Shown in pieces: positions 53,601 through 62,917 of a DNA stretch of 62,917 bases. Positions within the stretch are counted from its first letter, which is position 1; each line of letters starts with the position of its first letter. The notes beneath the pieces are model-generated. The model did no database searches, was not told where the DNA came from, and was given only the letters and a program-made list of their open reading frames with translations. The position numbers and the translations under genes are program-made. The DNA is from Ruditapes philippinarum (lineage: Eukaryota): positions 744,001 to 806,917 of the forward strand of contig NW_026866080.1 of the NCBI RefSeq assembly GCF_026571515.1. Direction: 5' to 3'.

Positions 53601-56600
53601 GTTTGAGCCTGAAATAATGTACAGAGGGGCAACTGAGGTCTTCCACCACCATTAAAGCTGGACAGTCACCTTATGACCGACACTGACAGTCTGTGTCAGT
53701 GAGACGTTAAACCAACCAAAAGAAAATGTGAATGAAGCCGGGAAGCTTAGTCAGTAGAGTGGCTGAATCGTATGAATGTTTTTGTTGGACTTAAATCATT
53801 AGAAATGAATCTGGGTGGTTTTATGAATTTATTTTTTTGACAAGAGTGTTTGTTTTGGGTTATACTGTCTGCCTCTCACATTCAACATAGGGATGGCAGG
53901 TTCGAACCCTACTCAAGTCTGCTTCTTCATATGGGCACCAGTAACTGGTTAACTAGTTCCAAGGAACAGAATAGAAAGTGATTTATATCAGATGAAAGAA
54001 CTTGTTTTATTGTAAAGCTTGGGATGTCCATGGCCAAGTTGTAAGGGAAGTTGACTTCAAACCACTTGCCCTTTGAATTTGGCCAGGGACTTTGAATACT
54101 TTCATGTGAGAAAGCTATCCAGTTAATTACTCAAACTCAAATGTTGGTGGTTCTACTTAGGAGCCAGTTTGTGCCTGAAATAATACATGGAGGGGCACCT
54201 GAGGGTTTCCTCCAAGAGTAAAGCTTGAAAGTCACAATGGGACAATTACTGTGTTCACTGTTCCCCAACAAGCCTGTTTGATATTTTTTACAGGAAAAGA
54301 CAACAGACATTTGCAAGATAAGGACAGTAACCAGAAATTGACACAAGAGGAAATAGAACAGATGAAGAAAGAAGGAGTATCTGGGGATGTAAGGGCATAT
54401 TGTTTTAATCCTGTCTTCTTAATATTTATTTTAACATTGACACAGCATCATTATTTGTACTTATTGTTCATTGAGTTACATTAATGCTGCAATGACCCCT
54501 AACATTTTCAATTTACTGGCATCCACCACTAAAAATATGTGTCGGTTTCACTTTCTTTCAACAGTTAAAGTAAGGGGAGCTTTATAGGAGTTATTGATGA
54601 GCTTTATGGGAGTTATTGTGGAGCTTTATTTGAATTGTTAAATTACCTCGAGCAATTAAATGTATATGTTTAACTTTAGTTGAGATTTTTAGTTGTAGGA
54701 AATTAATTATAATAGCCAGTAACTGAACAAACTGAAGCTAGCTACCAAAAAGGAACATTTTATATGTATCATATTGTCTGCAAAATATTGTACAATGAAA
54801 TTAAGATGTTGTCATTGATTTTAAGTTTAAAATAATCTTTTTCAAATCTTTTCTTTTTAATAGCATCTAATAGAACAACTGATAGAAAACAGTGCCACCT
54901 TCCAGAGTAAAACAGGATATGCACAGGAAAAATGGGTCAAAAAGAAGAAAAAAAAGTAAGCAATAGTATTTAAAATTTTGATAAGACATGTACTTATGTC
55001 AATTACAATATCATCCTTCTAGATCTATAGCATTGTTCTGTTAATTTCTTGTTATAATTCAGACATGAATAAATATTTTGAGTCTTTCTTGACATGTTGT
55101 AAACATGATTGAATGAAAAGACTCTTACAGTCATGATTCAAATATAAGTGAATAGTTTTGTGCCTGATAGTCTTATTCTTTTCTTGCCATGTTTTAGACA
55201 TAAGTTTATAGTTTGTTTTTTGACATGTTTCAGACATGATTGAACAGTTTTATTCTTTTCTTGTCATGTTTCAGACATGAAGGTATAGTTAGTTTCTTTT
55301 TTGTCATGTTTCAGACATGAATGTATAGTTTGTTTCTTTTTTGTCATGTTTCAGACATGAAGGTATAATTTGTTTCTTTTTTGTCATGTTTCAGACATTT
55401 ACTACAATTTACTGTGTTAAAGCCCACTACAAGACTTATGTGTGAGATGCACTGGTCAAAGGGACCTTCCAGAATATGGTAGTATTTATTTCTATATCAA
55501 CAGATGTTAAATATAGTTACATTTAGACTTATATTGTGTGAGAAACGGTCTGCAGGCTATGTTTATATTAAATTATTTTTCTACTGATTTTCATCATGAT
55601 TTAAAAGCGACCTATTAGTTACATAGGAAGTTTCGATAACATTCTAAGTTAATATGTACATGTTTTGTATCTTATTACAGTAACTTAAGGATCGATACCC
55701 TTGGACAGATATTAACAATGGGTAATGTACGTGCCAACAGTACAGTGATGGTTGTTGAGTCATGTTTAGGTCTCATTACAGGGGCTGTACTGGAGAGACT
55801 TGGAGGTATATGCATAGTCATCTCAATGTGTATAACCCTTTATCTGCTATGTTTCTTTGGTGGACTTGTCCAGCTTCCATATTTGGAACTGCCCATTATC
55901 AATTTTTAGAGATAATTGCATGAAAGTTTGAATTTGATCAGTCAACAGTATAGAGTGTGGTCAGACTGTATGAATGTACAGACTGGTCGTACTCTGTACT
56001 GTTGGCAACGGCTATTTGTTTTCAGTTCCAGCAGGTTTAGAATTGATATATAATCTTCACAGAATTTATGTGCTTCTTATGTCTGCACGCCTCCAGATGA
56101 GCAAAATTATTTCTATAAAATTAAACCTGGGAAAAAGTGTACTAAGATTTAGGAAAGGTATATAGATTCAAAATTTTGGTAAAAATCTACATGTTATGTG
56201 CGATTAACGACTGAATTTTTCAGTATGTATAACTATATTTCTACAGCGTTACTAACGCATCAAAGGCTATTTTTGCATATTTTGACCTCTTTATAGTAAT
56301 TTACCTAGGTTGTAAGTGCCATTGATAATGTGTAAATTGCATTCTTTTGGTAACTTTACAATAATATACTGTTAAATACATTTTCAAATTTTCAAGAAAA
56401 TTAACATGAATCTGGAGGTGTGCTGCTTTAATACATTCTGCGCCACTTTGTTTTTTTTTCACTGGACTAGTTTTAACAGTGGGACTGTTCTTTTCACCCT
56501 TGCTTTAGTGTTGGTGTAATAGTTGCTCAAAGTTTTGCATTTTATCCAGAAATTTGTATATTATATTGTATAAGGTTTAGTTGTACACAAAAGATTTAAG

Positions 56601-58491
56601 TATGAAATGGTTGCATGTTTTAACCAGAAAGTATCAAATCCTAAATAAAACATGCCTTTTAGAAACATGTACATAAATGTTTCCATTATTAATATTTGGA
56701 TTCATTCTTGGAGAAAGAAAAGTTTATTTGAAATTGTCTTTCAGGATATGGAAAAGTGATCAGTTTTTATCATGGTGACTCACCAATGAAGTAAGTATAT
56801 GCTGAAGTAATAACCAACTGTTTGTTTTACTCACCCTTATACTGCGTCATATACACATAAAGACGTTATGGCATGGCCGTGCATATATTTTGAAGTGACA
56901 TCTTTAAGCATTTGAACAATAAATTGTGCATTATTAAATTCAAGACAAGAAAAATGGATATCTATTTTCAGTCTAACATGCTTATAAAAAGAGAATTGAT
57001 AAAAATATGCTGAACTACATAAAAAAGCATAGAAGTAATTTTCCTGACATCATTTGGGTTATTGACGTCGTATGTGATATTATACGACGTACAAGCATTC
57101 ATTTTTTATATCGTGCATATATTATGTTACAATACCCTCGTCAGTATCTATTTCAATGGGGAACAATGTGAAGCTTGTTAAATGTTCTTTAAATACAGCA
57201 TAAAGGCACAGTAGATGGTAGTGTTATAATTGTATATGTGTCAATGAAAAAGTTATTCTTTTTTACTGTAAAAAGTTCTTATTTTGGGTACGTGAAAAAT
57301 AGAATATTATATTTGTGTAGCTTCATGACTAAATTTATTGAACTTGCTGAATATCGTATTACATTTTATGCTCTCCACTGACTCGCATAATGTAATTTGA
57401 TTCAATTTGTTCAATAAATTCAGTATTGAGCATACACTTGTTCAATATCCTCTACATGTATTTATGTACTATGTCAACAAAATCTAGTTTGAATAAAAAA
57501 TAATTTTGCATTACATTGTATTTACGTTTTCAGATGCTCCAGAGTATAACTTTATTGAACTTTTTCAATAAATTCAGTATTGAATTTACACTCATTCAAT
57601 ATCCTTCTTCTTATTACGCAGGAAATGATATTTATTCTTTATCAACATTTCAGGTGCAGTTTAGATAATTATGACTTCCCAAAAGAAATTATGGACACTT
57701 TATATAACTACCCATTAGAGCTTGTAAATTCTCTAAAGCACACAAAACCAGACCAGCAAAATATTGACTGTGTCCCATCTGTGACATGTGATCAGCCTGA
57801 AAGTATGCAGACTGATGATAAAACTGTAACACAGTCTAATTGCAATAATGACTCGGCAAATTCTAAAGAACAAATGCATACATCAGAGACTGGTTCTCAA
57901 GAAAATTTATCAGCAGAAGGCTCTGTAAACGAACAATCAGATAAAACAGTGGACCAGTCCAAAACTAATACAGAGACTGCTTCCAAGGAAGAAAATGAAG
58001 TTAAAAATTCTGGGAACAAGTCTACAAGGGCAGATAGGTGGAGTAAGAAGAAAGTTAGAACACATAAAGATAGAGCTGAGGCCAAATTGATCCGAGCCAA
58101 AGAAATTGAGGAAGCTAGAAAAATAATACAGCAAAAGAATGTTGACTGGTATGCTAAAATTCGTTTTGATTTCTTTATTTTGATTATGGGTCACTCAGTG
58201 TTTTAAATGAACTGTCAAGTCTGTGGTGTTCAGTGCATGGTTTTGATAATGTAGGCAATTAATAACTAAAATTGGACATAAGTTTTTTTACAATCTTAGT
58301 CTATAACAAAATACTGTCCACTGTCATTCTAATATTATATAACATAACCTTTATTCTCTAATAGGTCTATCATGAATGTACTTTTCAGTTTGATAGTCGC
58401 AACCAAATTTTACCCGACCCCGATCTTGCTGGCACTGATAGATTATGTGGCGCCCTCACGACAGGTTGTAGTCTACTCCCAGTTTAAGGAG
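50611..58491 (+). CDS. TRMT6: tRNA (adenine(58)-N1)-methyltransferase non-catalytic subunit TRM6 (exons 1-9, 3' end outside window)
   Basis: Exons 50611-50699, 52948-53087 (IIGFPYGSLFEV), 54294-54388 (DNRHLQD..SNQKLTQEEIEQMKKEG), 54864-54955 (LIENSATFQSKTGYAQEKWVKKKKKK), 55395-55478, 55681-55805 (LRIDTLGQILTMGNV), 56745-56790, 57654-58148, 58389-58491 (APSRQVVVYSQFKE). All are in phase. Confidence 0.93.
51140..51628. mobile_element. MITE (CAG termini)
   Basis: TIR cagcgatttttt / aaaaaatcgctg and subterminal ttcacaat repeats. The TSD is imperfect. Confidence 0.55.
51677..52053. mobile_element. PIF/Harbinger-like MITE
   Basis: ~33-bp TIR ggccatccttaaaaaaatgtt.gtttgcagtaac and a 3-bp TSD tca. 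Confidence 0.75.
52600..52745 (+). mobile_element. LINE reverse-transcriptase fragment
   Basis: Translates (with a frameshift) as VLKLLANLKIDKAAG...IQPIVLKEL, the typical pre-RT motif of non-LTR elements. Confidence 0.65.
55170..55398 (+). repeat. ~40-bp minisatellite of the TRMT6 exon-5 splice acceptor
   Basis: Unit tttctttttttgtcatgtttcagacatgaaggtatagtt. The last copy supplies the real acceptor. Confidence 0.85.
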
Positions 58492-58660
58492 GTAATTTTC
58501 CATTAGTTTTTCATTTCACTTACACCTATTATTTGTGTATTGTACTTGCCCTCCTTTGAATTTGGAAATATCTCATTACAAGTTTAACCCTTTTGCTGCC
58601 AGAGGGTTATTTATTTTTTGATCACCTATTTGCCAGAAGGTTTTCTAAGAAATTACTATA

Positions 58661-60049
58661 TTATTATCCCCCGCCGATGGAATCGGGAGGGGGATATAGT
58701 TTTGGCGTTGTCCGTCCTTCCGTCCGTCCGTCCATCCGTCCGTCCGAATTTCGTTTCCGGAGTAGTTCTCTGCAACTACTTGCTGGAATTCAACGAAACT
58801 TTATGGGAATCATCAATATCAAGAGGAGATGCGCATCTGGCCGTCCGTTCGTCCGTCCGAATTTCGTTTCCGGAGTAGTTCTCTGCAACTACTGGCTGGA
58901 ATTCAACGAAACTTTATGGGAATTATCAATATCAAGAGGAGATGCACATATCGTCGGCTTGTTCCGGTCAGACGCTTTAACTCAGAGTTATTGCCCTTGA
59001 TTAGTTATGTAGTATGCATATAGAGTAAAAATCGTTTCCGCGCTACTTCTCTGCAACTACTGGCTGGAATTCAACGAAACTTTATGGGAATCATCAATAC
59101 CAAGAGGAGATGCGCATATCATCGGCTTGTTCGGGTCAGACACTTTAACTCAGAGTTATGGCCCTTGATTAGTTATGCAGTATGCATATGGAGTAAAAAT
59201 CGTTTCCGCACTACTTCTCTGCAACTACTGGCTGGAATTCAACAAAACTTTATGGGAACCTTCAATACCAAGAGGAGATGCGCATGTCGTCGGCTTTTTC
59301 GGGTCAGACACTTTAACTCAGAGTTATGGCCCTTGATTAGTTATGCAATATGCATATGGAGTAAAAATCATTTCCGGAGTAGTTCTCTGCAACTACTGGC
59401 TGGAATTCAACGAAACTTTATGGGAATCATCAATATCAAGAGGAGATGCGCATATCATCGGCTTGTTCCGGTCAGACCCTTTAACTCAGAGTTATGGCCC
59501 TTGATTAGTTATGTAGTATGCATATAGAGTAAAAATCGTTTCCGCACTACTTCTCTGCAACTACTGGCTGGAATTCAACAAAACTTTATGGGAACCTTCA
59601 ATACCAAGAGGAGATGCGCATATCATCGGCTTGTTCGGGTCAGACACTTTAACTCAGAGTTATGGCCCTTGATTAGTTATGCAGTATCCATATAGAAAAA
59701 TATTTGTTTCCTCGCTACTTCTCTGCTACCACCGGCTGGAATTCAATGAAAATTTATGGGATACAAAGAGGAGATGTGCATATAGTCGCCTTGTTCCAGT
59801 CAGATACTTATAACTCAGATTTATGGCCCTTGATTAGTTATGTAGTATGCATACATCTCATTGGCATTTCCAGATTTTACTATTTAACACAAAGTTATGG
59901 GTCTGTTATTTCCCTGAATATTTATCAAGTTCAAAGAATATTACTGTTTATGCCATGATTAATATATAAATAAAGCCTTATGTCTTCAGTTGTTGTGTTA
60001 ATAATAACCAGTACTCGGCGGGGGATATAAATTCAACGAATTTGCTTGT
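58661..60049 (+). mobile_element. HINE element with ~168-bp tandem array
   Basis: Subterminal IR atcccccgccga / tcggcgggggat, (CCGT)n microsatellite, 6-7 units, and a terminal hairpin. Confidence 0.75.
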
Positions 60050-60950
60050 CAGGCCTAGACATTAACTTTTGAATCAGGTTGTCCTGTCGGGCAAGTAGTT
60101 TTTAAAACTACTTGCCCTGACCTAAGACTTACTTGTCCTGACCTAAAAATGGTAAAAATGTATTTATCAGAAAAACAAACAAGCTCATACATTAATACTT
60201 CTTGTATTAGGTAATGTTAACATAAGGCAATAAACTGGACATATTGTTTATGAAATTGATTGTTAGTTAGACACAAATATTTTTTGTATTTAGTAGTTTT
60301 TCTAAAACATCCGTTCATCTGTTTATTCAATGTGAATATACTACGGTCATGTACATTTGTTGATATAGGAAACGGAAGGAAAAATATGAGCATGCGCCGC
60401 GGTAAGGTAATTCCCCGTTCAATCATCAAGTCAACAGCCGTAAACGAGTCTTCGTTGACTAAGTTCATAATGTTGTTATATTAGATTAAACAATAAATCA
60501 TTTTAAATGCAAAAACTTTATTTAACAAATATATCTAAAGATCAATATGATTATTTACATATTTTCAATGATATCTTTACATGCAAACATCAAAATTTAA
60601 ACAACAGCTAACCCGGGAATTACCTTGTACAAAATTAGATATAGTCTATTATTAGAACGGGGAATTACCTTACCGCGGTGCATGCTCATATTTTTGCTTC
60701 CGTTTCCTATATCAACAAATGTACATGACCGTAGTATATTCACATTATTGATAATGATTCATGGTGTATTTTGTTTTAAAGATGTTTATAAATGAAAAGA
60801 TGTTATTTCTATTCATTTTGTACATGCATTTTGTCAATGATGCTTTTTATTTTCACTTGCCCTGTCAGACAAGTGCTTTTCAAAATAACTTGCCCGGACC
60901 AAACTTTTAGTTGTCCCGGGCAGTCGGACAACCGTTAATGTCGAGCCCTG
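60050..60950. mobile_element. hAT-like MITE with 5-bp TSD
   Basis: caggcctagacattaac ... gttaatgtcgagccctg with TSD cttgt. Termini are related to 6860-8011. Confidence 0.8.
60329..60746. mobile_element. MITE with ~90-bp inverted arms
   Basis: aatgtgaatatactacggtcatgtac...ccccgttc, with its reverse complement at 60654-60746. Confidence 0.75.
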
Positions 60951-62917
60951 CTTGTTAATTAATATTATTATTATTATTTGTATATAATAGTATTATAATA
61001 ATTATATATGTTTCCAAATCTGCTAGTATAAAAATAATTATTGTCGATGGTATAATTATCTATATATTTATTATGATTATTATTATTATAATTATTATTA
61101 TTAATTATTATTATTATAGAAACGGCAAAAGCCGTCCATATGGCAAATACGCCGAAAATAATAGGGACGGTATATGCCGTCTCTATGGCAGTGAAAGGGT
61201 TAAAGGGGCAACATTCGCTGCCGCGGCAGCGAGTATTTGTGGGTGTGACTAATCAGTGATGTAAAACTGTCTGTTATAAACCATGAGCTAAAAATAGAAT
61301 GCAGTGTTAACCTACAGAGAGAATATAAACAAAACAGCTGATTTTACACAGGAGAGGTTAATTGGATGTTTTATATAACTCACAGATTAATCAGATTAAT
61401 TAAAAGACAGTATCAAGCCATCTTGTCCAGATATTATTTTTGAAGTCAGTTTTTTTTTCATCAAGTCAGACAACTATATCCAAATCCAAAGGATGTGCCT
61501 TACATGGGACATTTCTTTTAAGAAAAACTGCTAAAAATGATCTTGACAGGAATTTAAAATATTTTTAACCTATTAATTTATAAAAATTTTATACAAATGA
61601 TAAACATTTGTGAAATGTAATTTTGACTACAAGATACTTACAACAAAATATAGTGTAAATGAAATATACCTGGAAGTTACTTTTACTGTTTTCATGAAGT
61701 TTAAACCATTTAAATACAAGTTTAATCAGTACTTTGAAATTTAAAAAAAATCATAGATTAATGGATTATTGTAAATGTGTTGGATATAAATACTTTTTGA
61801 TAAAGTAAGATCAGTAAAAGTTATTGTTTTTTTCTTATCATGTATTCAGCATTCGAATGTGTCGTCTGCTGAAATTCTCCCTCCCTGAAATATATATCGT
61901 CTGCTACAAATCTCTCTCACTGAAATAAACACTGCCACGTGCATCTGTTTACTACTGAAGGTTCATGACCTGTAATGATCAGTTGGCTCCTCCCATGGAA
62001 ATTCAAATTTCAAATTTGACAGCCAGTATTTTTTTCCAGAAACACACTTAACAAAGTTTTATTTTGAATAATTTTGGTCAATCTATATCATGAATATCTA
62101 TCCCTACATACATGCCAAGTGTTGTTTAAATGCATTTGGTAATTAATCTTAAATCTTTGAAAAAGGGTCCCTGAAGTGAAGCATGCATAAAATTAATAAG
62201 AAACCTGCCCTAGCGCCATCTGCTGGCTTTTATAGTCCAGTTGGGCCTTTAAGGGTGGGGGGGATGAAATATAGAAATGAAGCCATCAGCAGTGTAGAGT
62301 GCTGTCAGACTGTACAGATGTGGAGGCTAGCTGGTAAACTATACTGGTAACATGGGCACCTCAATATTGCTGCAAGAATACCAGAAAAATGATATCTTAC
62401 ATAGAGGTGCGCGGTTTAACCGGTATACCGGTAAACCACGGTCCGAGACATCTGCGGTACGTACCGCGGTACAGACCTGGAAAACCGATACTTTTAGCTC
62501 TAATTTAAAGCAATTACAGATCCGTAAAATGTACTAAATTAAAAAACTTTTTCTGTTGTATATGTCAATGTTTCTTTGAGTTAACCTTTTTGCAAACAAC
62601 TTTCGCCGACTGTTATCATTCTTCGATAGTTCTTAGCGAAAATTGAATGCTTTATCGATTACCGCATGTAAGCCAGAATTGTCGACTTGCATGATTTCAG
62701 TTGAAGAAGCAAGAATTGTCGACTTACATTTACTTGTCCAAATATCGCATATTTGATACGAAAACTAATCGTAAAGATTGATAATTCATGAGGGCATTCC
62801 TTGCATAAAATTAGGGTGTTACTATTTTAAGTATTTATATAAATAGCGACCAATCAGGCTAGGGGTTTTCCTTACGTCACGCACTTACTGCATGCGCATG
62901 GCAATTAACTAATTATA

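Larger units (their letters stand above)
58588..61199. mobile_element. piggyBac-like MITE hosting nested insertions
   Basis: TTAA|cccttttgctgcca ... tggcagtgaaaggg|TTAA. Confidence 0.6.

Noticed and set aside
53445-54240. tRNA-like A/B box sequences
   Set aside because: These are degenerate SINE heads; no complete cloverleaf could be built.
57740-58040. Low-complexity acidic Ser/Thr/Gln stretch in TRMT6 exon 8
   Set aside because: TRM6 proteins commonly have a variable disordered insertion here; not novel.
58593-59958. Overlapping ORFs of 64-147 aa
   Set aside because: They arise from the 168-bp tandem array inside a HINE element.

Overview
AT-rich eukaryotic genomic DNA with spliceosomal introns and many transposons. 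The repeat landscape (Helentron/HINE-like elements with internal ~165-bp tandem arrays, tRNA-derived SINEs, MITEs) suggests a bivalve mollusc, which is an inference. I reconstructed gene models by hand from GT-AG boundaries and phase continuity. (1) Two tandem minus-strand KLHDC2/KLHDC1-like kelch genes (CRL2 C-degron receptors). Copy B (31435-46346) is intact with 10 exons and 404 aa. Copy A (2411-16398) has diverged mainly in propeller loops, has lost its exon-5 donor at a MITE junction, and has a decayed Ty3/Gypsy element downstream of exon 8. (2) Between them, three near-identical ~3.5-kb tandem units, each with an intact 5-exon, 276-aa compact Cdc25 phosphatase, with (ATC)n microsatellites at the unit boundaries. 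(3) A two-exon unknown gene (48093-50403, minus) with a possibly decayed death-domain tail, head-to-head with (4) TRMT6 (from 50611, plus; exons 1-9, 3' end beyond the window). The rest is nested non-autonomous transposons and minisatellites, two of which are amplified splice-acceptor junctions.
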